Origin: an uncultured bacterium
GTDB taxonomy: Bacteria > UBP7 > UBA6624
Assembly: GCA_964012435.1 (NCBI GenBank)
Contig: CAXGSM010000007.1
Coordinates: 1-61,795, forward strand
DNA length: 61,795 nucleotides
Reading direction: 5' to 3'
Positions 18,171-27,563 of this stretch are shown here, one piece after another (position 1 is the stretch's first letter; every line of letters begins with the position of its first letter). The position numbers and the translations under genes are program-made. Below the pieces are notes generated by a model that ran no database searches, was not told the origin of the DNA, and worked only from the letters and a program-made list of their open reading frames with translations.

Positions 18171-19952
18171 ATGAACAAGAATTTTCACTTTGCAGAAGAT
18201 AAATTTAATGAATATGTAAATCTTGAATGGGGTTTTGTGGGAAAAGGTGCAAGTACTGAAAAACACCCCAATACTTCTTCTTATTTTCATTTTTGGCTTT
18301 CAAGAAAGGAACAAAATCTTGAATTAGGAAATATTGTTGCTGCTGTACGGGATGATGGACATATAACATTTGGGACTGTAGTTGATTTACGTTCCACTAT
18401 GGACATGCCAAATTTCCTTTCTGATTACATATCACATGATTTTGGCAAGCCAGATCAAGCATTACCAACAGATGTTTCAGAGGTTCTTGTTGCAAAAGCA
18501 AATATTATTGGATCAACAGATGATAAAGCAAGGCCTGTTACTCGAGCTAATATTTTTTATGCAAATCCTGCTGGGGTAAGAAGGGCTTTTAACATGGAGG
18601 GATACATTGAAGATAGAGGAGTTCCTATAGGTGTTATCAAGAATGGAGACGGACAGTTAACACCTATTTATGTTGATATTGAATTTCTTTTAGGCCCAGA
18701 AGGAGCACATTTTAATATTAGTGGAATTTCCGGTTTAGCTACGAAGACTAGTTTGGTTGAGTTTATGCTCAAATCGGTACAAACTTTTTTTCAGAGAAAC
18801 GATGAATATAAGAAAAAAAGAATAGGGGTGGTTTTATTCAATGTCAAAGGTAAAGATTTATTGTTTTTGGATAAAGCCAATCCTGAACTTCAAGAGGAAA
18901 GTGCACAAGGAGAGTTTTATAGAGACATATATAAAGAGCTCAATGTTCCTCCAGAGCCATTTGATCAATTGCGTATTTTTGCACCATATTCTTCAACCAC
19001 TTCGTCAAAAGTAAACAGTTTGAGACAGGACGGTTCAGTCGAGTATTTTGTTTGGGATATACCCGAATTAAGAAAATATCTGCCAGAACTTTTTGATGAT
19101 GATGATTGGGATGATAATGTTCAAGCCGCATATGAAGACATGCTTGACATAGTTGATAAAGATGACACGATAACAGAGTTTCCTGATCTTGTTGATTTTT
19201 TGGTCGAAGAGCGAAGGGTAATGAGGGATCGAGAACATTGGCATGGACATAAGAGAACTACCTTTTTTAAACTTGTTCAAAATTTAGTTACACTCCCTGA
19301 ACTCTTTAAAGGTCTGGTCAATTCGAGAGATATTCCAGAAAAACCACAGGATATACCATTAGATGAATTTAAAACAGGAGACATATACGTTATTGATATC
19401 CAGGCTTTGAATGACAGGGGTCAGCAGATGGTTTTCGAAAGAGTATTAAAGAGATTATTTGAGTTAGTTGAAATGAAAACTGAAGAAGAGGGACTCGATA
19501 ATATTATTGTGTTTGTGGATGAGTTGAATAAATTTGCCCCATCTGATAAAAGCACAACACTAAAGGAATCTATTATTCATGCTACTGCTAGAGGAAGGTC
19601 ATTAGGGCTTACTTTCTTCGGGGCCGAACAGTTCGCTTCAATGATTGATAAGCAAGTTACAGACAATAGTTCAACTATATGTTACGGAAGATCTGGACCA
19701 ACCGAATTGGGGCTTCCAGAATATTCCTACCTTCCAGATGAGGTTAAGAAAAAAATGGCAATATTCCCCAAAGGAACTTTGCTTTTAAAACATGCTCGTT
19801 ATAGCCAGCCTGTAATTATGCAATTTCCATACCCTCCATGTGTTCCTGGAGATATGTACTTACAATCACAGGAAGAGATTGATAGAGGGAGAAAGAGAGC
19901 TCCAAAAGCAGCAGACTGGAAAAAGAAAGGAGATGTTAAATTTAAGTTCTGA
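18171..19952 (+). CDS. herA: HerA/FtsK-family ATPase (bacterial HerA)
   Basis: N-terminal HAS-barrel-like region, variant Walker A ISGISGLATKT, FNVKG, Walker B VFVDELNKFAP, RGRSLG. Confidence 0.88.
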   Translation: MNKNFHFAEDKFNEYVNLEWGFVGKGASTEKHPNTSSYFHFWLSRKEQNLELGNIVAAVRDDGHITFGTVVDLRSTMDMPNFLSDYISHDFGKPDQALPTDVSEVLVAKANIIGSTDDKARPVTRANIFYANPAGVRRAFNMEGYIEDRGVPIGVIKNGDGQLTPIYVDIEFLLGPEGAHFNISGISGLATKTSLVEFMLKSVQTFFQRNDEYKKKRIGVVLFNVKGKDLLFLDKANPELQEESAQGEFYRDIYKELNVPPEPFDQLRIFAPYSSTTSSKVNSLRQDGSVEYFVWDIPELRKYLPELFDDDDWDDNVQAAYEDMLDIVDKDDTITEFPDLVDFLVEERRVMRDREHWHGHKRTTFFKLVQNLVTLPELFKGLVNSRDIPEKPQDIPLDEFKTGDIYVIDIQALNDRGQQMVFERVLKRLFELVEMKTEEEGLDNIIVFVDELNKFAPSDKSTTLKESIIHATARGRSLGLTFFGAEQFASMIDKQVTDNSSTICYGRSGPTELGLPEYSYLPDEVKKKMAIFPKGTLLLKHARYSQPVIMQFPYPPCVPGDMYLQSQEEIDRGRKRAPKAADWKKKGDVKFKF

Positions 19953-20734
19953 TGTTTTATCAATCTGATTATTTTCAAGCCAATCAAGATGATGACTGTT
20001 TGATCATCACTATAAACACCAAAGGCAACCCATTAAATAATTTGTCAGATGCTTTTTCTGACAGCTTCAAAGAATGCGCGTTGCTTGCGGCTAAAAATGA
20101 CACTTTAAAGGCAATAATAGTAACGGGTAAAGGGCCGATGTTTTCTGCTGGTGCATACCTACCTGAACTTATGGCTCAAGATACAGCCGGTGCTTCTCGT
20201 TTAGCTAAAAAAGGAAACAGCATATGGAGTTTAATGGAGTCCGTCCCTCTGGTCACCTTGGCAGCAGTAAACGGAATGTGTTTTGGTGGGGGTTTAGAGC
20301 TTGCTCTTTGTTGCGATTTTAGAATTGCTAGCTCAAGAGCAAAGTTTGGTCAAACTGAAGTCAACCTAGGTCTCATACCTGGATGGGGTGGCGGTCAAAG
20401 GTTGGTCAGCCTTTTAGGCAGAACAAAAGCTTTAGATTTAGTTTTGAGCGGCCGTTTGTTTAGAGCGGATGAAGCGTTCGAGATGGGCTTGATTCAAAAA
20501 GTATCAAAACCAAAAGAGTTAATTGATGATGCAAAAGAATTTTTACAACCATATCTTGTTAAAAACAAACAAACAATTGCACTGGCAAAACAGTCTTTGG
20601 GCTTGCACTTGGAAATGCTTCAAAAGGATGCTTTAGCTAGGGAAGCAGATTTATTTGCGGAATCTTGGTCTTTAGAAACAACAAAAAAAACTATTAGTGA
20701 TTTTCAAAATAAAAACCTCGATCAAAAAAAATAG
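19952..20734 (+). CDS. Enoyl-CoA hydratase/isomerase
   Basis: FSAGA, GGGLELALCCD, EVNLGLIPGWGG. Confidence 0.93.
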   Translation: MFYQSDYFQANQDDDCLIITINTKGNPLNNLSDAFSDSFKECALLAAKNDTLKAIIVTGKGPMFSAGAYLPELMAQDTAGASRLAKKGNSIWSLMESVPLVTLAAVNGMCFGGGLELALCCDFRIASSRAKFGQTEVNLGLIPGWGGGQRLVSLLGRTKALDLVLSGRLFRADEAFEMGLIQKVSKPKELIDDAKEFLQPYLVKNKQTIALAKQSLGLHLEMLQKDALAREADLFAESWSLETTKKTISDFQNKNLDQKK

Positions 20735-20746
20735 TTTTTTTTAATT

Positions 20747-22036
20747 ATGTTTAATGACGGCTTAATCAATGTTCTCTTCCTCCTCCTTTCCGGAGGAATT
20801 ATTGCTTACCTGGGAGATATAGCAGGCAGAAAATATTCAAAAAGTAAAAAAAGATTACTAGGTTTAAGGCCCAAGTATGCATCTGCAATATGGGCAGGAA
20901 TGATTGGTTTTCTAGTTTCAGGTTTTATTTATGGTTTGCTATCTTTTGTTAGTAGCGATTTTCAAGATGCTGTTTTTCGCATTCAGGCAATTAAAAAAGA
21001 GCTTGCAGAGAGTTCTTTGCAGCTGCAGGAAATAGAAAATACATATTCGAATTTACAGAGTTCTTATAATGATCTTGAGAAAAATTTTGGAAAATTAGAA
21101 ACAGATTTAAATAACAGCAATAGCCAAATACAAGATTTAACATTAGTGAAAGAACAGTTAGAAAATGAGATAATTAACTCATCCAAACAAGCAGAGGTTT
21201 TAAATGCACAAATAGAGACCTTGCGAGAACAGGGGCTTTACTTAAACGAGGAACTTTCTGCGAAAGAAAAACAAGTTTTAAATTTAAAAGATGAAGAAAA
21301 AAAGCTAAATAATAGTATTTCAGAATTAAGTATTAACTTACAACAAACAGAAAATGAACTATTTGAAAAAAATAAACAATTAGATGATCTCCAAAAAGAT
21401 TTGCTACAAGTAACAGCAGCTCTAAATGATGCAGAGTTCCGAGCCTCCGAAGGCACTTTGGTTCTGGTAAAGGGGCAAGAGCTAAAGAGGTTGATGCTGC
21501 CTGGGGATCTAGATCCCCTTTTGTTGGGTGATTTTTTAAGAAGTAGTTTTCAAAAGATGATCTTTGATACCGAAAGTTTAGGTGTTAGTTTTGCATTTGA
21601 AACTGCGGAAACACTTGCATTAAGGGCTTTAGATTCAAAAAAATCTGGGAATTATTTTTTAAGAATATCCGCCCTTTCGAATGTTTTTGTAGGAGACGCA
21701 GTCAAGGTGGTATTCGAATGGGTTCCTTCCGGCGTTATCTTCAAAGAGGGAGAAATTCTCGTAGAAAGATTTTTTGAAGACACTGCTTTGGTTCAGAATA
21801 ATTATTTATTTTTGCAGTCTTTAATCACCCTGGTTGAAGAAATTGCTACAGCAAAAGGTATTTTTCCCGATGTAAAAACTCAAAAAAGAGTTTTTTACCC
21901 AACATGGAAGCTTACAAACAGAGCAGAAGAAATGGTTGGTTTTGAAAATGGCGCTCTAGCATCAATTCAAATAACTAAAGATATTTATAATTTCGAATCT
22001 ATGTCTAAAATAGAAATCATAATTCAGGGAAAATAA
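20747..22036 (+). CDS. DUF3084-like membrane-anchored coiled-coil protein
   Basis: GGIIAYLGD...LLGLRPKY N-terminus followed by a long heptad region. Confidence 0.8.
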   Translation: MFNDGLINVLFLLLSGGIIAYLGDIAGRKYSKSKKRLLGLRPKYASAIWAGMIGFLVSGFIYGLLSFVSSDFQDAVFRIQAIKKELAESSLQLQEIENTYSNLQSSYNDLEKNFGKLETDLNNSNSQIQDLTLVKEQLENEIINSSKQAEVLNAQIETLREQGLYLNEELSAKEKQVLNLKDEEKKLNNSISELSINLQQTENELFEKNKQLDDLQKDLLQVTAALNDAEFRASEGTLVLVKGQELKRLMLPGDLDPLLLGDFLRSSFQKMIFDTESLGVSFAFETAETLALRALDSKKSGNYFLRISALSNVFVGDAVKVVFEWVPSGVIFKEGEILVERFFEDTALVQNNYLFLQSLITLVEEIATAKGIFPDVKTQKRVFYPTWKLTNRAEEMVGFENGALASIQITKDIYNFESMSKIEIIIQGK

Positions 22037-23913
22037 TGTTTAAACATATCACAACACCTATTTTTTACCCAAATGCGAATCCTCATCTTGGACATGCGTA
22101 TACCAGTATTTTTGCTGATGTTTTTTGTAGGTATATTAGGCTCAGTGGTAAAGAAGTTTTAATGACAACAGGGACTGATGAACATGCTGAAAAAATTGAA
22201 AAAATAGCTATGATCGAGGGTTTGAAAGCAAAAGATTTTGTAAAAAAAATGCGTCCTAAATGGCATCAGCTTATGGATCATTTGAACATTGGTGCCCATC
22301 AATTTATCCATACAGACGATTCAGAACATCACAAAGACGTCCAGAGGCTTTTTTTGAGGTTAAAAGAAAAAAACCAAGTTAAAAAAGGAATTTATGAAGG
22401 TTGGTACAATGTTCGAGAGGCTAGATTTGTTCCGGAGCTAGAAGCAAAAAAAAGTAATTATTTAGACTCAGATACTGGTGATAGTTTAGAAAAGGTCAAA
22501 GAGGACGCTTGGTTTTTCCCACTTTCAAAATGGGCACCAAAAGTTGCCAGCTTCATTGAGGACAATCCTGATTTTGTTAATCCACCTGGTAGGCGGAAGG
22601 AAATTTTAGCAAGATTAAATGGTGAAGTTGAAGATTTATGTATTTCTAGACCAAAATCAAGATTGAATTTTGCAGTTCCGATTCCTGATGACGATGAGAA
22701 TGTTTTTTACGTTTGGTTTGATGCTTTGACAACATATTTGTCAGGTTTGAACTGGGGTAAGGATGACCAATGGGAGGATAAATGGAGGAATTCATTTCAT
22801 CTCCTTGCAAAAGATATACTATGGTTTCATGCAGGGGTATGGCCAGCTCTATTGATGGCCGCTGATCTACCGCTACCAAAAGGGATGTTTGTTCATGGTT
22901 ATCTGACTGTTGGGAATACCAAAATGTCAAAAAGTCTTGGGAATGTCATAGACCCTTTAAAAATTACAAAAAAAACTGGATTGCATGAAGAAGATTCTTT
23001 AAGATTCTTCTGTCTTTACTCTATTCCATTTGGCAGTGACGGCTCTGTTACAGTTGATCAGTTTTTTAATTTTTATAATTCATTTTTGGCAAACGAGTTG
23101 GGAAACTTAATACATCGATCATTATCGATGATTGACAGATATCTTGATTGCACAGTTCAGCCTGCCGATAAGCTTGATGAAGCATATTCAAGCCAAAAAA
23201 TAAAATGTATAAAAGAGTGGCATGCTGGCTTCGAGGCTTTAAATCCTCGTAACTCAATGGAGGCAGTTTTAGACCTGGTTCGCTGGGGGCATAAGTATTT
23301 GGACGATATGCAACCATGGAATCTTTATAAAAACAAAAATCAAAAAGAAGTGAATGATGTTTTTTTCCATTTGTGCGATGCAATTCTGACAATCGGCAAC
23401 ATGTTAAGTCCCCTGCTGCCTGCAAGCTCAAATAGCATTTTGAAGATTTTTAACTCTCAACCAAGCATGCCAAGCAGTAACGGAATCTTTATTCCACCAG
23501 TTAAGAATTTACAGTCATTTTCGCAACTATTTCCAAGAATTGAAATTAAAAAAGAGAATTGTAAGGAGAATAAAATGAATGAAAAAAAAGAACATATTGA
23601 TATTAAAAGTTTTTTTAAAACAAAGTTAAAAATAGGAACAATAACTTCTGGCAAAAAACACCCGGATGCAGATAGGCTCTTGGTGTTCGAGGTAGACCTT
23701 GGAGAGGATTCAGTCAGACAGATAGTTGCCGGCCTGGCTGGTCATTACACAGTGGATGAGATGATTGGCAAACAGGTTGTTGTTGTTGCTAATCTTGAAC
23801 CTGTAAAGTTGAGAGGGGAAATAAGCGAAGGTATGATCCTCTGTGCTGATGATGGCGGTCCAATTGCTTTACACCCTCAAAAGCAAGTTTCAAATGGTAC
23901 TATAGTGAAATGA
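22036..23913 (+). CDS. metG: Methionine-tRNA ligase with C-terminal tRNA-binding domain
   Basis: HLGH, GTDEH, YVWFDAL, KMSKS; C-terminal HPDADRL...SEGMIL. Confidence 0.96.
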   Translation: MFKHITTPIFYPNANPHLGHAYTSIFADVFCRYIRLSGKEVLMTTGTDEHAEKIEKIAMIEGLKAKDFVKKMRPKWHQLMDHLNIGAHQFIHTDDSEHHKDVQRLFLRLKEKNQVKKGIYEGWYNVREARFVPELEAKKSNYLDSDTGDSLEKVKEDAWFFPLSKWAPKVASFIEDNPDFVNPPGRRKEILARLNGEVEDLCISRPKSRLNFAVPIPDDDENVFYVWFDALTTYLSGLNWGKDDQWEDKWRNSFHLLAKDILWFHAGVWPALLMAADLPLPKGMFVHGYLTVGNTKMSKSLGNVIDPLKITKKTGLHEEDSLRFFCLYSIPFGSDGSVTVDQFFNFYNSFLANELGNLIHRSLSMIDRYLDCTVQPADKLDEAYSSQKIKCIKEWHAGFEALNPRNSMEAVLDLVRWGHKYLDDMQPWNLYKNKNQKEVNDVFFHLCDAILTIGNMLSPLLPASSNSILKIFNSQPSMPSSNGIFIPPVKNLQSFSQLFPRIEIKKENCKENKMNEKKEHIDIKSFFKTKLKIGTITSGKKHPDADRLLVFEVDLGEDSVRQIVAGLAGHYTVDEMIGKQVVVVANLEPVKLRGEISEGMILCADDGGPIALHPQKQVSNGTIVK

Positions 23914-24869
23914 AAGTCGTCATAACAAGAAAATTACCTGGAGATGCCGAACGAATGATTCGAAATGCATCCCATGATGTTTGGACACATGAGGACGACT
24001 GTGTTATACCAAGAGATTTGCTTTTAGAAAAGGTAAAAGACGCAGATGCTTTAATTACCTTGCTAACAGACAAGGTGGACGTTGAGTTGTTGGAAAATGC
24101 TTCCAATTTAAAAATTGTTGCAAATTATGCTGTTGGCTTTGACAATATAGACGTTAAAGCATGTCAAGACCATAGTGTTATTTGTACAAATACACCTGAT
24201 GTTTTGACTGAAGCAACTGCTGATCTCACTTGGGCATTGATGATGTCTTGTGCTAGAAGAATTGTTGAGGGCCATAAAATGACTGAAAAAGGCCAATATA
24301 AAGGCTGGTCACCCAGCTTATTAATTGGCCAGGACTTATGGGAGGCAACACTTGGAATTTTTGGTGCCGGCAGAATTGGTAGAGCGGTTGCAAAAAGAGC
24401 TAAAGGTTTTAATATGAAGATCCTCTACACCGATGCTTTCCCATGGGAAGAGGGTGAGGATGAGCTAAATGCTGAAAGGGTTGATTTTGATGAATTATTG
24501 GCACAGAGTGATTTTTTAAGTTTGCACGCACCACTTTTGGAATCTACAAAAAAAATTATGAATTACACATCTTTTAAAAAGATGAAAAAAAATTCAATAC
24601 TAATTAACGCTGCAAGGGGTGGTTTAGTGGATGAAGCTGATTTGTACAGAGCTCTTGTAGAAGGGGAGATTTTGGGTGCAGGTTTAGATGTGTATGACCC
24701 AGAACCGCCAGAAAAAAACAATCCATTATTAAGCATGGATCAGGTTGTTCTGGCTCCTCATACTGGCAGTGCTTCTGTGAATTCCAGGAACGGCATGGCT
24801 CACTTGGCAGCTCAAAATGTAATTAATGTTTTGCAAGGTGTCGATCCAGTTACGCCAATCAAGGTTTAA
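23910..24869 (+). CDS. D-2-hydroxyacid dehydrogenase (glyoxylate reductase-like)
   Basis: AVGFDNID, NTPDVLTEATAD, GAGRIG, INAARG, APHTGSA. Confidence 0.92.
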   Translation: MKVVITRKLPGDAERMIRNASHDVWTHEDDCVIPRDLLLEKVKDADALITLLTDKVDVELLENASNLKIVANYAVGFDNIDVKACQDHSVICTNTPDVLTEATADLTWALMMSCARRIVEGHKMTEKGQYKGWSPSLLIGQDLWEATLGIFGAGRIGRAVAKRAKGFNMKILYTDAFPWEEGEDELNAERVDFDELLAQSDFLSLHAPLLESTKKIMNYTSFKKMKKNSILINAARGGLVDEADLYRALVEGEILGAGLDVYDPEPPEKNNPLLSMDQVVLAPHTGSASVNSRNGMAHLAAQNVINVLQGVDPVTPIKV

Positions 24870-24872
24870 ATC

Positions 24873-25724
24873 TTGAGAAGAATATTTGAAAAGTTTTTAC
24901 TTTACCTCGCTATGTTTTTGGTGAGGATAATTCCATTCCAGAATGGTGAAATGCTAGGCAAGCTTTACTTTGCTTTGCTGTGGCCCATGATGATCAGCCC
25001 AAGAAAAAGAGCTGTCAAGAGAATGAAGTTAATTTTTACTGATTTTTCAGAAGGTGAATGTGAAAAAATTTTAAAAAAAAGTTTTTACAATCTCGCTTTA
25101 ACGATGGTTGAAATTTTTTATATGAATCTGCACGGTAAAGATTTTTTCAAGTTAATCAATATTGAAAAGAGTGGTTTTGAAAATATAAGTTCAATCAAAA
25201 AGGGCGGCGTCATGATAACTGCACATTATGGAAATTGGGAAATTTGCGGAGCGCTTTTCAAGCGAGTTCTAAATATTCCATTAATTGCAGTTGGAAGAGC
25301 ACAAAGCAATAGTCTCCTTAACGATCTTGCACTAGAGACACGATCTAAGTTTGGCATGCTGAATCTAACAAGGCATTGGCGTGATCTAGCAAAGATTTCT
25401 AAAATAATGAAAAAAGGCGCTGTTGCTGGGTTAGTTTCTGACCAGCATTCCGCTAATGGAGTAGTTGTAGATTTTATGGGCAGGCCAGCTAGGGCATTTA
25501 CAGGAGCTTACAACCTTTCACTCAAATTCAATTGTTCAGCAGTGGTTTCCGCAGTCAGAAGAGTTAAATGGGGTTCTTTTAAATGGATTATTAAACCATC
25601 TGAAAAACTTGGAAAACTCAGTCAGGAAGAGGCAGTTCAGCATTATTCAAACGAAATCGTTGAACTTATAATGGAAGAACCTAATCAATGGCTTTGGTTG
25701 CACAACAGATGGAAGGTAGGTTAA
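24873..25724 (+). CDS. Lipid A late acyltransferase (LpxL/HtrB family)
   Basis: TAHYGNWE, VSDQ, PNQWLWLHNRWK. Confidence 0.88.
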   Translation: MRRIFEKFLLYLAMFLVRIIPFQNGEMLGKLYFALLWPMMISPRKRAVKRMKLIFTDFSEGECEKILKKSFYNLALTMVEIFYMNLHGKDFFKLINIEKSGFENISSIKKGGVMITAHYGNWEICGALFKRVLNIPLIAVGRAQSNSLLNDLALETRSKFGMLNLTRHWRDLAKISKIMKKGAVAGLVSDQHSANGVVVDFMGRPARAFTGAYNLSLKFNCSAVVSAVRRVKWGSFKWIIKPSEKLGKLSQEEAVQHYSNEIVELIMEEPNQWLWLHNRWKVG

Positions 25725-25737
25725 TTAAAATAAAGTT

Positions 25738-26517
25738 ATGCTTAAACATTTTTCTTCAAAATTTTTAATCGCAGGACCTTGTTCACTTGAAAGCGAATCT
25801 CTATCTTTAGAGGTAGCCTCTCAGTTAAAGAAAATAAGTGAAAAATTTAAATTACCAATAATTTTTAAAGGAAGCTGGGATAAAGCAAACAGAACTTCAG
25901 CAAGCTCCTACAGGGGGTTAGGCTTAAACAAGGGCTTGAAAGTTTTAAGCAAGGTTAAAAAAGACTTCAACATGCCTGTCCTTACAGATGTTCATGAAAC
26001 AAGCCAGGTAAAAAAGGTTTGCTCAGTTGTTGATGTTATTCAGATACCTGCTTTTCTTTGCAGGCAAACAGATCTTTTATTGGAATGTGGTAAGCGTGCT
26101 CAGGTTGTGAATGTGAAGAAAGGACAATTCATGCATCCAGAGGATATGAAATATGCAATTGATAAAGTAAAGCATGGTGGAGATGCTGAGGTGTTGCTAT
26201 GTGAACGAGGTTCTTCTTTTGGGTACAAGAATCTTGTTGTTGACATGAGGTCAATTGCAATCATGAAACAATATGCCAATGTTGTCTTTGATGCAACTCA
26301 TTCTGTCCAGCTTCCGGGAGGAGGGGACGGAAAAAGCTCTGGCGAAAGGCATTTTGTCGAACCCTTAGCCAAAGCTGCTCTAGCTGCTGGGGCAATAGGT
26401 CTTTTTCTAGAAACACATCCAGATCCAAATAATGCAATGAGTGATGGGCCTAATATGATTCCATTAAATGAGTTAGACGGTCTTATTGATAGGCTATTAC
26501 CTTATTGGCAAAAGTAA
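25738..26517 (+). CDS. kdsA: KDO-8-phosphate synthase
   Basis: AGPC, DKANRTS, QIPAFLCRQTDL, KKGQF, DATHSVQ. Confidence 0.97.
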   Translation: MLKHFSSKFLIAGPCSLESESLSLEVASQLKKISEKFKLPIIFKGSWDKANRTSASSYRGLGLNKGLKVLSKVKKDFNMPVLTDVHETSQVKKVCSVVDVIQIPAFLCRQTDLLLECGKRAQVVNVKKGQFMHPEDMKYAIDKVKHGGDAEVLLCERGSSFGYKNLVVDMRSIAIMKQYANVVFDATHSVQLPGGGDGKSSGERHFVEPLAKAALAAGAIGLFLETHPDPNNAMSDGPNMIPLNELDGLIDRLLPYWQK

Positions 26518-26532
26518 TTTATTCAGATTTAT

Positions 26533-27549
26533 TTAAAAGAAAGATAGATCAAGCAACTCAACATCCTTGCTAATATAATGATTTTCCATCTTTTCATTAG
26601 ATGAATAATCTGTGCTAAGGTATTTTTTGTTGCAGTCGCAAAAAATCGTACAAACAACACCATCAAAATTTTGTTTTTTAGCTAATTTAATTGCTCCAAT
26701 AAGATTTGCGCCAGAAGAGATTCCAACCCCTAAGCCTAATTTTTTAAATATCATCTGAGACATAATTATTGCATCTCCATCCCATACATCGATTATCTCA
26801 TCTAGCCATTGCAGGTTAACAATTTCAGGTATAAACTCGTCACTAATTCCCTGAATTCTATGTTTTCCATTTTTATGCCCGGTTTTAAGCGTAGGAGAGT
26901 TTGCTGGCTCAAGAGGGTTGATGGATATATTGCTTATATTTTCTGTTAGATATTTGCCAACACCCATTACAGTACCGCCAGTTCCCACACCAGCAACAAA
27001 GCCAGTTGGTGTATTGCCCACTTTATGCATTTGTTCTAATATTTCTGGACCTGTAGTCAGATAATGAGCTTCAATGTTTGCTTTGTTTGAAAATTGCTTT
27101 GGCAAAAAAACATTATTCTCTTCACTTGCATATTTTTCTGTTAACGCTATGCTTCCAAGGAAGCCACCCTCCTCTCTTGAAACAGGAATAATTTCAGCAC
27201 CATAACTTTTGATTCTTTGAATCCTTTCTTTGCTCATCCAGTTAGGCATATATATCTTTACTTTATGACCTAATTGATTTCCAATTCCAGAAAAAGAGAT
27301 GCCAGTGTTTCCGCTTGTTGCCTCGGCAATTACAGATTCGGGATCAATTTCATTTTTTTTGTATGCTTGTTCGATGATATGTATAGCCATTCTGTCTTTA
27401 ATGCTACCTGTAAGGTTCAAAGCTTCAAATTTAGCCCAAATATTTAACGGTTTATTTTTGTACTTTAACCTTACCCTTAATAATGGTGTTTTTCCAATTT
27501 TTTTCTTAATTGAAGAAATTTTGGATTTTGTTTTTATATTTTTTACCAT
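26533..27549 (-). CDS. PLP-dependent cysteine synthase family protein
   Basis: TGSIKDR, ATSGNTG, GVGTGGT, HRIQGI, SSGAN. Confidence 0.9.
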   Translation of the reverse strand: MVKNIKTKSKISSIKKKIGKTPLLRVRLKYKNKPLNIWAKFEALNLTGSIKDRMAIHIIEQAYKKNEIDPESVIAEATSGNTGISFSGIGNQLGHKVKIYMPNWMSKERIQRIKSYGAEIIPVSREEGGFLGSIALTEKYASEENNVFLPKQFSNKANIEAHYLTTGPEILEQMHKVGNTPTGFVAGVGTGGTVMGVGKYLTENISNISINPLEPANSPTLKTGHKNGKHRIQGISDEFIPEIVNLQWLDEIIDVWDGDAIIMSQMIFKKLGLGVGISSGANLIGAIKLAKKQNFDGVVCTIFCDCNKKYLSTDYSSNEKMENHYISKDVELLDLSFF

Positions 27550-27563
27550 CTTGAATTAAACCC

